Assembly: GCA_965237525.1 (NCBI GenBank)
Contig: CBDEFO010000007.1
Location: 192,001 to 256,000, forward strand
DNA: 64,000 nt
Source of the DNA: Candidatus Latescibacterota bacterium
Lineage (GTDB): Bacteria > Latescibacterota > CBDEFO01
Direction: 5' to 3'
Shown here: positions 1-9,911 of the stretch, piece after piece
Layout: each line of letters opens with the position of its first letter
Numbering within the stretch: the stretch's first letter is position 1
Made by a program: the position numbers and the translations under genes
Notes under the pieces: model-generated
Database searches by the model: none
Told to the model about the DNA's origin: nothing
What the model saw: the letters and a program-made list of their open reading frames with translations, nothing else

Positions 1-2
1 TC

Positions 3-770
3 CTGGGCGAACGAGGACGTTTGGCTATTGATTTTATCTCAACACTAAACGATGCCGTGATGCGAATAGTACACTGGATTATGATTGTGGCACCTATCGG
101 CATCTTTGGATTGATAGCAGCACGTATTGGGAACGCAGGTGGATTCAGTGGATTTATGCCGGAACTGCTTGCCCTCGGTAAATATAGTTTCACCGTCGTA
201 TTCGGACTGTCGATTCACGCATTCATAGTGTTGCCGCTTATCCTGTTGCTTATCGGACGACAGAATCCCCTGAGATATGCTAGAGGTGTAGGCGCAGCCC
301 TTTTGAACGCATTTTCTACAGCTTCCAGCTCTGCAACACTGCCACTGACGATGGAAGGAGTCCAGGAGGAGAATGGCATCTCAAATCGGACAGCCAGTTT
401 TGTCCTGCCGCTCGGTGCCACCATTAACATGGATGGTACTGCCCTTTATGAGGCCGTTGCCGCCATGTTCATTGCACAAGTCTATGGAATTGCGATGAGT
501 CCTGTGGAACAAGCTGTTATTTTTCTTACAGCAACACTTGCAGCCATCGGTGCAGCCGGGATTCCTGAAGCCGGACTCGTAACGATGGTGATTGTCTTGA
601 AGGCTGTCGGGCTGCCAATTGAAGGCATCGGATTGATTCTAACCATTGACTGGCTGCTGGATCGCTTCAGGACTACGGCCAATGTCTGGGGTGATAGTGT
701 CGGAGCAGGCGTTATCGAGACACTTGAAATGAACCCCCGATTTAATCGGGGATCGGTAGAGGGAAGTTAA
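3..770 (+). CDS. Dicarboxylate/amino acid:cation symporter (DAACS, GltP/GltT-like), 5' partial
   Basis: Hallmark motifs [11 protein letters not shown] and [14 protein letters not shown]; multiple TM helices; frame is open from the window start. Confidence 0.93.
   Translation: MGERGRLAIDFISTLNDAVMRIVHWIMIVAPIGIFGLIAARIGNAGGFSGFMPELLALGKYSFTVVFGLSIHAFIVLPLILLLIGRQNPLRYARGVGAALLNAFSTASSSATLPLTMEGVQEENGISNRTASFVLPLGATINMDGTALYEAVAAMFIAQVYGIAMSPVEQAVIFLTATLAAIGAAGIPEAGLVTMVIVLKAVGLPIEGIGLILTIDWLLDRFRTTANVWGDSVGAGVIETLEMNPRFNRGSVEGS
735..751. repeat. Short palindrome CCCCGATTTAATCGGGG inside the 3' end of the DAACS gene
   Basis: Perfect 7-bp arms; same arms as elements at 786-825, 7239-7259 and 39203-39223. 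Confidence 0.75.
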
Positions 771-785
771 TTTAAGTCAGTAGAT

Positions 786-825
786 CCCCGATCCCCGTTA
801 GACTCAATCGGAGATTCAATCGGCG
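786..825. repeat. Nested/tandem degenerate copies of the CCCCGATAGATTCAATCGGGG hairpin
   Basis: CCCCGAT + CCCCGTTAGACTCAATCGG + AGATTCAATCGGCG; resembles the reverse complement of 7239-7259. Confidence 0.65.
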
Positions 826-1002
826 ACTGGTCGTCGTGCGTATTTATAGGCGAATCCAGAGCGCAGTACACCGGCAGCTCTAAATCAGTTCTAAAAAGGA
901 TTCCACTTATCTGGTGCATCAGTAGCGGGCCTGTGTTGTAGACGGTAGAATCATAAGCCATGTTCTAGTCTTGTCCTGGATGATCTGCCTTGATGTCAAC
1001 AA

Positions 1003-2177
1003 TTGCCCTGGCAGCTTGTATACGATGATAAGGACCCGAATAGAATGAGGAGTCGCCCAAGACATCGAATAGTAGCAGTATCCCTCGTCTGTGCAACGCT
1101 CTTGCATATACTCGCGTTCTGGTTAATTGACCTGTTTATCCCCTCTGAGGTCCAACAGCAGTTCTTCCGTGCGCGGTTAGTTGTAAGACCCAAGCTGAAA
1201 CCGAAGCGCTTTGAACCTCGTCGGGGTATATCTATCCCTCGTCAGATATTGCAACGAATGGCCGTAGAAGGTGACCCTCTTCCTCCAGAAGAAGGAATAT
1301 TCGAGATGAAAGTTGAACATCTACCAATAGCAGAACAACCTATGGTGGAGGAATTCTTGCCATTGCCCGGGGAAAAGGAGACAGTCAGATGGGAAACATG
1401 GCGGGATTCGGTAGATATAGATCTGGATATTAGGACACATGAGACGGAATTGCCCGAGATGGATGCTGTGCAGTTGGATGCGGAGCGCCGCCGATATAAC
1501 GTAGTCCTGATCGACCGAGAGACAGGGAAACTGAAAGAAGCCTACTTGCATATTCCGGCCTATAGGGGGGCATAGCGAATGGTCTGGAAAATTTGCAAAG
1601 GAAATTGAAATATGGAATACGTCTGCCGGGAAAAGTGCCGATCGTTTGTGAAGTACACCTCTACAGGAAGGGTCGCCGTCAACGTACCCCTGGGTGGATA
1701 AAGATAGAAGGACAACCGGATCCCGATCCCATCCATCGTTTTATTTATTATCACCGCAGACATAAACTGCACCATTCAGAGATGAAGGAATATTCAGTCT
1801 TACTTCTGCAGTACATTGATGTGGAATCAACGGAGGCTATGGCTCGTTACCTGATGGATGGTAGATTTGCTGTGGTGAGCTATGGACAGCTTCGGATACT
1901 GCAAAGGGAGATCCAGAAACACGTCAGCGATCATCGCCTTCAAGCAGTCAAGTTAGGGTTGGAGCATCCGCTCTTTCGCTCTTTCTACGATATAACAGAT
2001 GGTGGACCTGAATTGGAATCGATCAACTGTCTTGAGCTTGACGGACGTCTGATAGCAGTAACAGGAGTGCGGTTTGTACGGGGAAACAGATACACCAAAG
2101 CCAACAAACTCTTCGTCAATGTACTCGCTTACGGCCTAATCCAACCTAGCAAGATGGGAAGATATTTAGTTAGGTGA
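1003..2177 (+). pseudogene. Membrane-anchored protein with C-terminal DUF4159-like domain, split by a frameshift
   Basis: ORFs 1003-1575 and 1593-2177 join (YRGGIANGLENLQRK) if the G6 run at 1565-1570 were G7; C-terminus LEHPLFRSFYDI...LDGRLIAV...LFVNVLAYGL resembles DUF4159 from recall. Confidence 0.55.
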
Positions 2178-2538
2178 AGGAATCTTTAAGCCTTGAGGGA
2201 AACTGGTTATACCAGACGGATCTGGGTCGATCTATAGTAACGAAGTGCGGATACATTGCCAAACCGGGGAAGATTCCTGCAATAATGTGGATGTGAACGA
2301 GTTCGGACACACGGCGGCAGCACCAGCTGGAAATGTCCGCGTCTTGGCCTGGGAGATCTACCCCGCAGGCAGGAACGTGCGCTTCGGATCGAAAGGCATG
2401 GTCGCAACCCTGCCCGAATAGCGCCAGCAGGGATGTGCTACTACTTGATAGGTGCGGCTCTACTGAACGTCCTGTCCTTTTGTTCGATCGGAGAGGCATG
2501 CGTTACTCAGGGGTAGGAGTTTGCCCTGGCCTTTCTTG

Positions 2539-3051
2539 TTACTCAGAGTTGCCGATCATAAGCACTGCTGCAGTGTGTGATGAATTTTCCGCCTTTTCAA
2601 AGGCGTCGGGTATCGTCCAGATGTCCTCATTACGGGCGAGTGTAGAATAAGGGATGTCCCAGGCTTTCAGGGTGGGTTCCAGGAGGGTAGCAACGCTGTC
2701 AACGTATTTTCCACCATCGGCCATAGATTTATAACCTCTGTAGCCTATGATCATAACGAGTGGAATTTTCATGTTCAGGACATTTCCTCTTATTCCGTCT
2801 CCCGATTCCAAGAAACCCGTATTTTGAATAATGACTATCGGCTTTTTGCCTCCTATATAAAGACCGGAGGCTATTGAGACGGCCTCTCCCTCTCTGGTTG
2901 CCGTAATCACATCAATATCATCGTCCTTCCAGAGAAGTTCATAAATCGCACTAGACCCGTTATCCGGCACGCCGATCATATGCGTAACGCCCTGGTTCTT
3001 GAACTCTTCCACTATCAACCGAGCGCTGATCAAGAAGAAGACCCCTTTCAT
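2539..3051 (-). CDS. ThDP-dependent decarboxylase alpha/PYR-only subunit (sulfopyruvate decarboxylase ComD-like)
   Basis: GVPD, TREGEAVSIASG, IQNTG, GYRG motifs; start uncertain (ORF track extends to 3138). Confidence 0.8.
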   Translation of the reverse strand: MKGVFFLISARLIVEEFKNQGVTHMIGVPDNGSSAIYELLWKDDDIDVITATREGEAVSIASGLYIGGKKPIVIIQNTGFLESGDGIRGNVLNMKIPLVMIIGYRGYKSMADGGKYVDSVATLLEPTLKAWDIPYSTLARNEDIWTIPDAFEKAENSSHTAAVLMIGNSE

Positions 3052-3156
3052 ACTGGTGCTCAGGATTCTAGCAAAGGAAGCCGTAAGCAGGCGAAAAATA
3101 GGCTGGGCGAACCTGCATGCCCAGCCTGCATAGGCCAAATATAGATAGTTGCCTGT

Positions 3157-3873
3157 TTAATCTCCTGCCTCTTCCTCCTCTTTTTCCATGATTAAGACAT
3201 TATACAGAAGCGCGGCTACGGAGCCCCCTACGATAGGTCCTATCCAGTAGACCAGATGATTGACACCGCCCCAGTAGCCCCCAACCAAGGCTGGCCCGAA
3301 CGCCCTGGCCGGATTCATCGCAGCTCCGGTTAAGCCACCACCCACAAGGATGTCCATAGTGAGCACAAGACCTATCCCGAATCCGCCTAGCTTGGGTGCC
3401 CGTTTGTCAACTGCCGTCCCGAAGATCGCAAAGAGAAGCAGGAAGGTCAAAAAAGCCTCAATCATACAACCTCTCTTAAAGCCGATGTCGCTTGTAAGAG
3501 TGGGCGTTCCGAGCTTCGCCATTTCCATCACAAACTTATTTCCGATCATAAGCCCCTTAAAGGTCGATCTGACCGCGATTGCGCCTAAAGCCCCGCCTAT
3601 CAGCTGAGATATGATGTACATTATCGCCGTTCCAGCCCTGATTTTCCGGGTTATCAGCATAGCGATGGTCACAGCCGGGTTGATGTGTCCTCCTGAGATA
3701 TTCATCGTCGCCGAGACGGCAATAGACAGTGCAAGACCATGAGCAATGGCTATCCCTAGAAGCCCTACTCCTCCCTTAGTATAGACGTCCATACAGATTG
3801 CCCCGGCTCCTATGAAGATCAGAGTGAACGTCCCGACTAACTCAGCCAGATAGGATTTCAAGCTGCTGTTCAT
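3157..3873 (-). CDS. Aquaporin (MIP family)
   Basis: Two NPA boxes: SGGHINPAVT and AMNPARAFGP; AELVGTF; RBS GAGGGAGGG. Confidence 0.96.
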   Translation of the reverse strand: MNSSLKSYLAELVGTFTLIFIGAGAICMDVYTKGGVGLLGIAIAHGLALSIAVSATMNISGGHINPAVTIAMLITRKIRAGTAIMYIISQLIGGALGAIAVRSTFKGLMIGNKFVMEMAKLGTPTLTSDIGFKRGCMIEAFLTFLLLFAIFGTAVDKRAPKLGGFGIGLVLTMDILVGGGLTGAAMNPARAFGPALVGGYWGGVNHLVYWIGPIVGGSVAALLYNVLIMEKEEEEAGD

Positions 3874-3956
3874 CTTGATTTCCCTCCCTCATCAGTGTAA
3901 AGCGTGAAAGACACAAGTGGCGGTCTTCCACGCTTTACACTTTTGGCTAATAGTCT

Positions 3957-4595
3957 TTATCCCATCGCCTGTTTGTAGTTCTCAGCCACCTGGTTCCAGC
4001 TGACCACGTTCCACCAGGCGGCGATATAGTCAGGACGGCGATTCTGGTAGTTCAGATAATAGGCGTGCTCCCATACATCCAGACCCAGAATGGGCGTGCG
4101 CCCTTCTGAGAGCGGGCTATCCTGGTTCGGAGTTGATTCGACGATCAACTTGCCCGATCCGTCAACTGAGAGCCAGGCCCAGCCGCTGCCGAAGCGGGTT
4201 GCACCTGCGGTTGATAGTTTCTCCTTGAACGAGGCGAAGGAGCCGAAAGTGCTGTTGATGGCTCCTGCCAGTTCACCGGAGGGGTTTTCGCCCTCGGACC
4301 AGCGGTTTCCGCCGCGGTTACCGGTCATAAGGCGCCAGAACAGACTGTGGTTAGCGTGTCCTCCGCCGTTGTTTCTCACAGCCGTACGGATGCCCTCAGG
4401 GACGCTGTCGAGGGAGCTGATCAGCTCCTCAATGCTCTTGCCCTGAAGGTCTACGTTGCTCCCCCAAAGTGCCTTGTTGAGGTTGGTCACGTAGGCGTTG
4501 TGATGTTTGCCGTGATGGATCTCCATCGTCCGAGCGTCGATGTGCGGCTCCAACGCACCGTAATCGTACGGCAGTGCCGGTAATTCGTGTGGCAT
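3957..4595 (-). CDS. sodA: Superoxide dismutase, Mn/Fe family (Mn-type signature)
   Basis: [42 protein letters not shown]. Confidence 0.96.
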   Translation of the reverse strand: MPHELPALPYDYGALEPHIDARTMEIHHGKHHNAYVTNLNKALWGSNVDLQGKSIEELISSLDSVPEGIRTAVRNNGGGHANHSLFWRLMTGNRGGNRWSEGENPSGELAGAINSTFGSFASFKEKLSTAGATRFGSGWAWLSVDGSGKLIVESTPNQDSPLSEGRTPILGLDVWEHAYYLNYQNRRPDYIAAWWNVVSWNQVAENYKQAMG

Positions 4596-4714
4596 ATACG
4601 TCCTCCTTTATGTCATGGTTTGTATTGGTGATGGACGAACTCGATGATATATCAGCAACTTGACTTCCTCTTATTCTTCGCCAGCATTCAGGTATTTTAA
4701 CTTTGGAACTAACC

Positions 4715-5149
4715 TCAATTGGAAGAGAGTCCGTAAAATTCCACGCGGCTGTCATCTACCCTGAACCCCGTCTTCGCCTGTGCCGAGCACTCCAGGTCTT
4801 CCAGCGGAGACGGCGGAAGGTCCACATTGACTATGTCACGGCAACTGACGCAGACGGCGTGGTGGTGTTCGGCCATATTGCCGTCGTACCGAGCAGAGTG
4901 ATCACCCCAGTTTAGTTCTCGTACCAGATTGTTCTCCTTGGGGGATCGCAAGCTCCCTTAAACCGTTCCAAAACTTATGTTGGGCATCTTCTCCTTTACT
5001 CGCGCATATATATCTGCCGCCCGGGGATGATCCCGAGATCTTTGTGCCTCCTCCAATATAAGATTTCTCTGCCGGGTCAGCCTCTGACCCTTCTTGTTCA
5101 GTTTAATTTTAAGAGTATTCTTATTTCAATCGCTTAATTCGGCCTCCAT
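4715..5149 (-). pseudogene. Fur/PerR-family metalloregulator, inactivated
   Basis: RLTRQR...DHPRAADIY...PNISFGTV*GSL (TAA at 4958-4960 in the usual TVYR motif), HHHAVCVSC; terminal CxxC appears as GLSSN*; another in-frame TGA near the start. Confidence 0.85.
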
Positions 5150-5170
5150 TAAATGGTACCAATGGTTGAT

Positions 5171-5199
5171 AATATATGCCGACAGGAAAGACATGTCAA
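5171..5199 (-). promoter_or_regulatory. Sigma70-type promoter for the fur-sodA unit
   Basis: TTGACA-17 nt-TATATT on the minus strand. Confidence 0.7.
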
Positions 5200-5578
5200 G
5201 TGATTTTTTCTTTCCATAAAGTATAGATAAAGATTGCGAAAGGGCAAAACAATATCTCTTTTTTTCTCAGCCTTCTATTATTCTACAGAACAATTTCCAC
5301 GAGCCAAAGGTTACCTGAACGGCGGTAGGATCATACGTCAGATTAAGTGTGAATCGCGGCAAGATTAAAGTCACAGACTAAAAGAGAACCACCGTCACAG
5401 GCACTTCGCTCTTTCCTGGCTCCAGCTCATGCTTCCAACAAAGTTCCCACGGTGCGTCGCCCATACTTTTGTGCTTGACTGAGATGCAGCTTTTATTTAT
5501 CTTTCACTCAGCCGCTCTTTTCGAGCTGCTGCAGTAAGCACGCCTGCATTGGGAATTTTGATCACATAAGGAGGTGAA

Positions 5579-6937
5579 ATGGCAAAAGAGGCTGTGGAAC
5601 TCGCTGTCAAAGAGCCGCCTGAGGGATTGCTAGGAACCCTGCGCAATATTGGTCCGGGAATCGTCATATCTGGCTCGGTGATAGGCTCAGGGGAGTTGAT
5701 CCTAACAACCACGATGGGAGCAAGGCACGGATTCGTATTCCTGTGGGCCGTGATCATCTGCTGCGTGATTAAATACTTCATACAGATAGAATTAGGAAGA
5801 TATTGCCTGATCAACAACTACACCACCATTCAGGCCCTGAACAATGTCCCCGGACCCAAATTTCGCGGAACCTCATGGATTGTGCTGATCATCTTTGTCG
5901 GTATTGCGCTGACTATGATAGCGCTGGCGGGGATCTTAGGCTCCGTTGTGGGATTATTTATGACGATATTCCCGAGAATCGGCGCGGAAGTCTGGGCAGG
6001 TATTATCTGTATCAGCATTATTGCGCTCCTTTTTCGCGGACTTTACAGCGACATAGAAAAGATCGTCATCTCCCTTGTGGCCGGATTCTCGCTTGTCGTC
6101 ATCTCCTTGTTATTTCTCATCCAGGGGACAGAGTACTCGATCTCCCTTGCCCAGCTTAAAAGTGGTCTTCTATTCAACATACCCGAAGATGGCGTCAAAA
6201 TAGCTCTGGGCCTGATGGGAGCTGTGGGGATAACGGCTATCGAGCTGTTTATGTATCCGTACTGGATTTTAGAGAAGGGCTATGCAAGTTTTATCGGCGG
6301 GAAGCACCATTACGATAACGATAAGGACGGATGGATAAGGAGGAGTAGAGGTTGGATTGGCGTGATGAGAGCAGATGTTCTGATATGCACGGGACTGGCT
6401 ACAATCATAACCTTCGCATATTATCTGATAGGCGCGTCTGTCCTGCACGGATTAAGGGTGCTCCCGGAGGGAACGGATGTGGTGAGGGACATCTCCAGCA
6501 TATTCACTGAAACCTATGGCAAATGGGCGTACTGGGTCTTTATGTTCGGGGCATTTTGCACTCTGTATTCCACCCTCACAGTCTGCACGGCAGCGGTGGG
6601 AAGGATGTGGACAGACCTGTCAGCAAGCCTGGGATTTACCGTGTGGGATGACGAAAAGGCACGATTCAAATGGATCAGATTTTTCCAGGTGTTCTTTCTC
6701 CTCCTGTGGCTGGGATTTTCCCTGGGCATCCCCCGACCTGTCACGCTCATCGTGTTCGGCGCATCAGCAAATGGCCTGAACCTTGCCGTTTTTGCCGTCG
6801 GAATCCTTCTCATTGTCAGAAAAGTCGATAAAGTCGATAAAGAAGTGGCGATGGGCAGGTTTTCCAACTTTATGCTCACCTTCACTACGGCGATCACCTT
6901 TATCTATTTTATCTATATCATTTCACCAGTACTGTGA
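5579..6937 (+). CDS. Nramp/MntH-like (YcsG-type) divalent metal transporter
   Basis: IGPGIVISGSVIGSGELILTT N-terminal motif, about 11 TM helices, RBS AAGGAGG. Confidence 0.75.
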   Translation: MAKEAVELAVKEPPEGLLGTLRNIGPGIVISGSVIGSGELILTTTMGARHGFVFLWAVIICCVIKYFIQIELGRYCLINNYTTIQALNNVPGPKFRGTSWIVLIIFVGIALTMIALAGILGSVVGLFMTIFPRIGAEVWAGIICISIIALLFRGLYSDIEKIVISLVAGFSLVVISLLFLIQGTEYSISLAQLKSGLLFNIPEDGVKIALGLMGAVGITAIELFMYPYWILEKGYASFIGGKHHYDNDKDGWIRRSRGWIGVMRADVLICTGLATIITFAYYLIGASVLHGLRVLPEGTDVVRDISSIFTETYGKWAYWVFMFGAFCTLYSTLTVCTAAVGRMWTDLSASLGFTVWDDEKARFKWIRFFQVFFLLLWLGFSLGIPRPVTLIVFGASANGLNLAVFAVGILLIVRKVDKVDKEVAMGRFSNFMLTFTTAITFIYFIYIISPVL

Positions 6938-6970
6938 TCACCTTTATCTATTTTATTTATCATTTCAGCC
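6892..6970 (+). repeat. Direct duplication of the transporter 3' end
   Basis: GATCACCTTTATCTATTTTAT at 6892-6912 and 6936-6956, with continued similarity (ATCATTTCA). Confidence 0.8.
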
Positions 6971-7060
6971 TTGTAGTGGTAAACCAATTGTAAGGCGCCT
7001 TTTCCCCCCAAAAGTTCTTCGATACCCCTCGCTCAAAGTTAGATTCGACAACAACAGGCA

Positions 7061-7100
7061 ATGTTGTTATATTCAAATAGAAGTTATTATATTCAAATGG
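7061..7100 (+). repeat. 20-bp tandem repeat upstream of the sensor kinase (possible operator)
   Basis: ATGTTGTTATATTCAAATAG / AAGTTATTATATTCAAATGG. Confidence 0.6.
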
Positions 7101-7187
7101 AATCAGAGATGATTAGACAGGTAGGTACTTTCTCTAATGCCACCAGAATGGTCCTGGCTCCGCGTCCCCTTTGGGGTCGGGGCGAGT

Positions 7188-7285
7188 GCTCCTCGCGATG
7201 ACAGGAGGTAAGAGTAGGCAGTGTCATTACGGAGCCCCCCCCGATTGAATCTATCGGGGGTTAAATAGGGGGAGCGAAGCCATCT
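7188..7285. repeat. REP-like intergenic inverted repeat containing the CCCCGATTGAATCTATCGGGG hairpin
   Basis: GCTCCTCGCGATGACA (7188-7203) is an imperfect inverted match to TGTCATTACGGAGC (7222-7235); hairpin at 7239-7259 sits inside CCCC|GTTAAATAGGGG; GAGCGAAGCCATCT follows. Confidence 0.6.
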
Positions 7286-7353
7286 GACTCCTTGTAGGGG
7301 GGTGGGTTGGATTGCCCTGTATGGTGACTACTGTCTGCTCGGTCGAGAGGGAT

Positions 7354-8418
7354 ATGCTCAAAACACTTGAAAAGTACAGCAAAAATATTCTGCAGAGCAT
7401 CACCGAAGGGATAGTTGCGTTCGGTTCGGACAGGACAGTCCTTGCTGCTAACAGATGTTTTCTGGAGATGCTGAAAAAGACAAAAAAGGGGGTTTTAGGG
7501 CAATGCTACACAACCGTCTTTGAGGGAGTGCCTGATCTTATAAACGTTTTACATGATGCTTTCAAAAAGGCTCTATTCTCAGAAGACCGCGATATAGACT
7601 ACCCCTTGCACAACGGAACTAGCAGACTCTTGAGGGTTACTACGTCTCCCTTAAAGGACGAAGAAGACTCCGTCCTGGGGATAGTTATGATCCTCAAGGA
7701 CATATCAGTTCTCAAGAGTGCCCAGCACTCGATGTTGCAGATAGAAAAGATGAACGCCTTGGGCAGGCTTGCAGTATCCATCGCGCACGAAATCAGGAAT
7801 CCCCTAAGCGCCATCAACATTCAACTGCAGCTTTTGGAGGAGGACTTAGAACAAGAGGGTCCCTCGTTAAGAGAGAAGATTTACGATCGAACGGGAATAG
7901 CCCAGGTTGAGATGAGAAGGCTGGACAATATCCTGAACAACTTCTTGCGCTTTTCCCGTCCCCCACAGTTGAAGCTTTCCTGTGTTAACCTTAACGATAC
8001 GGTAGGATACGTGATAACCTTGGTGACGCCTGAGGCGAACGAAAGAGAGATTAAGCTTGAGGCACAGCTTGAGAAAGGACTTCCCAATATAGAGGGAGAC
8101 GAAGATCAACTTAGCCAGGCACTTTTGAATATAGTCATAAACTCCTTTCAGGCTATAGATGGCAAGGGTCATATCTCTATTAAAACAAAGTCCGCTTCCG
8201 GGGAGATTTTACTGGAAGTGTCCGACGACGGATGCGGGCTTCACCAGAAGGAACTTCCTAACATCTTTGAATTCTACTACACGACAAAAGATGAAGGCAC
8301 AGGATTGGGGTTGTCCATAGCACAGAGGGCTATCCATCAGCATCAAGGTACAATCGCGGTAAAGAGCAGACACGGGTCCGGGACAACCGTTGTGATCGCT
8401 ATTCCAGCCAGGTCATAG
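7354..8418 (+). CDS. Cytoplasmic PAS-domain sensor histidine kinase (NtrB/AtoS-like)
   Basis: PAS region, H-box AHEIRNPL, N/G1/F/G2 boxes (DDGCG, GTGLGL); no TM helix; ATG at 7354 chosen. Confidence 0.92.
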   Translation: MLKTLEKYSKNILQSITEGIVAFGSDRTVLAANRCFLEMLKKTKKGVLGQCYTTVFEGVPDLINVLHDAFKKALFSEDRDIDYPLHNGTSRLLRVTTSPLKDEEDSVLGIVMILKDISVLKSAQHSMLQIEKMNALGRLAVSIAHEIRNPLSAINIQLQLLEEDLEQEGPSLREKIYDRTGIAQVEMRRLDNILNNFLRFSRPPQLKLSCVNLNDTVGYVITLVTPEANEREIKLEAQLEKGLPNIEGDEDQLSQALLNIVINSFQAIDGKGHISIKTKSASGEILLEVSDDGCGLHQKELPNIFEFYYTTKDEGTGLGLSIAQRAIHQHQGTIAVKSRHGSGTTVVIAIPARS

Positions 8419-8421
8419 AAG

Positions 8422-9792
8422 ATGGAATCTGGAGTGGAAATACCTAACGTTAAGATATTGGTCGCGGACGACGAGTTCAACATATCCAGTGGACTGAAAG
8501 AGGTGCTTCAGAAGAGCGGATACCTGGTCGATGTGGCATCTGATGGAAACAGGAGCGCCGAACTGGTCGAAAAGGAGCTATACAACCTGGCCATCGTAGA
8601 CCTCAAAATGCCAGGCCCTGGAGGGCTTGAAATCTTAAGGCGCATAAGAGAAAAGAGTCCGGACACCATAGTGATAATTATCACAGCCTACGGGACTGTC
8701 TCCACAGCCGTAGATGCTATCAAAAGCGGAGCCTATGACTATATCACCAAGCCTATGGATATTAAGCGTTTAAGGCTTATCGTTGATCATGCCCTGGAGC
8801 ATCAGGCCCTCATCGCGGAGAATAAGGAGTTGCGCTCGCGTCTTGAAGGTGACGATTCCCTGGGCACCATCGTCGCCAGGAGCCAGGGGATGAGGAAAGT
8901 AACCGACATTGTAAAACAGGTCGCTTTAAGTGATGTGCCTGTCCTGCTTCAGGGTGAAACGGGGACGGGGAAGGAACTTGTAGCTCGCTCGATCCATCAA
9001 AGAAGCCAGCACCGCGAGGGACCTTTCATCGCCCTAAACTGTGGAGCCGTTCCGGACAATCTCTTTGAAAGTGAGCTTTTCGGGCATACAAAAGGGGCGT
9101 TTACTGGAGCCCACGCCGACAGACCCGGCAGGTTCCATATGGCTCAGGGCGGCACCCTCTTTCTGGATGAAATAACTGAAATTCCCCTTCAAAACCAGGT
9201 GGACCTTTTGAGGGTGCTTGAAGAGAAGGAGTTTCAAGCTGTGGGAGGAACGGATACTATCAAGTCCGCTGTAAGGATTATCTCTGCGACCAACAGAGAT
9301 CTTCAAAAGGCAGTGGAGGATGGATCTTTCAGAGAAGACCTTTACTACCGCCTCAACGTTGTCCCCATAGAGCTCCCTCCTCTCCGAGATAGAAAGGAGG
9401 ACATACCTGTCCTTATCGAATCCTTTTTGGAGCAGTTCTGTCACATACATAGACAGAGATCCAGACGTATCTGTGCCGATGCGATGAGAGCCCTTATCGA
9501 CTACCGGTGGCCCGGAAATGTCCGTGAGCTTAAGAACACTGTCGAAAGGATAGTCGTAACGTCTTCAGAGCAGGAGATAAAGCCCGAACATCTCCCTCTG
9601 CAGATACAATCGGCACGTGAACCTTCCCATTCCTTCACGGTGGGATTAGGCATCTCTATCCAGGAGATGGAAAAAAGACTCATCCGCGAGACGCTCACCC
9701 ACGTCAGTTCCAACCGCAAGCAGGCCGCATCTGCGCTCGGAATCAGCCTGCGCACACTCCAGTACAAACTTAAAGAGTACAAGCTCCTTTAG
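8422..9792 (+). CDS. Sigma54-dependent response regulator (NtrC/AtoC/ZraR family)
   Basis: Receiver domain (DDE, DLKMP), Walker [29 protein letters not shown], Fis-type HTH. Confidence 0.96.
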   Translation: MESGVEIPNVKILVADDEFNISSGLKEVLQKSGYLVDVASDGNRSAELVEKELYNLAIVDLKMPGPGGLEILRRIREKSPDTIVIIITAYGTVSTAVDAIKSGAYDYITKPMDIKRLRLIVDHALEHQALIAENKELRSRLEGDDSLGTIVARSQGMRKVTDIVKQVALSDVPVLLQGETGTGKELVARSIHQRSQHREGPFIALNCGAVPDNLFESELFGHTKGAFTGAHADRPGRFHMAQGGTLFLDEITEIPLQNQVDLLRVLEEKEFQAVGGTDTIKSAVRIISATNRDLQKAVEDGSFREDLYYRLNVVPIELPPLRDRKEDIPVLIESFLEQFCHIHRQRSRRICADAMRALIDYRWPGNVRELKNTVERIVVTSSEQEIKPEHLPLQIQSAREPSHSFTVGLGISIQEMEKRLIRETLTHVSSNRKQAASALGISLRTLQYKLKEYKLL

Positions 9793-9911
9793 ATAGCGTA
9801 ATCTTCTAATTCCCCTATTTCTTGGTTCTTCAAGAAAGTTCTTCGATGCTTTTTGAGACCTTTATGCTTTCAGCTATCTGATCAAGGATCATGCATCCAT
9901 AACTTGTCGGT

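Noticed and set aside
2170..2650. Short overlapping ORFs between convergent genes
   Set aside because: No RBS or motif support; possibly a remnant but unassignable.
5110..5123. Fur/PerR box (TAAGAGTATTCTTA)
   Set aside because: Near-palindrome in AT-rich DNA, but spacing does not match the 7-1-7 consensus; not supportable alone.
5300..5570. Manganese riboswitch upstream of the Nramp-like gene
   Set aside because: Could not identify the conserved yybP-ykoY elements by eye; an Rfam scan would be needed.
6892..6970. Diversity-generating retroelement VR/TR pair
   Set aside because: Too short, differences are not adenine-specific, and no reverse transcriptase is in the window.
7061..7100. CRISPR array
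   Set aside because: Two abutting units, no spacers, no cas genes.
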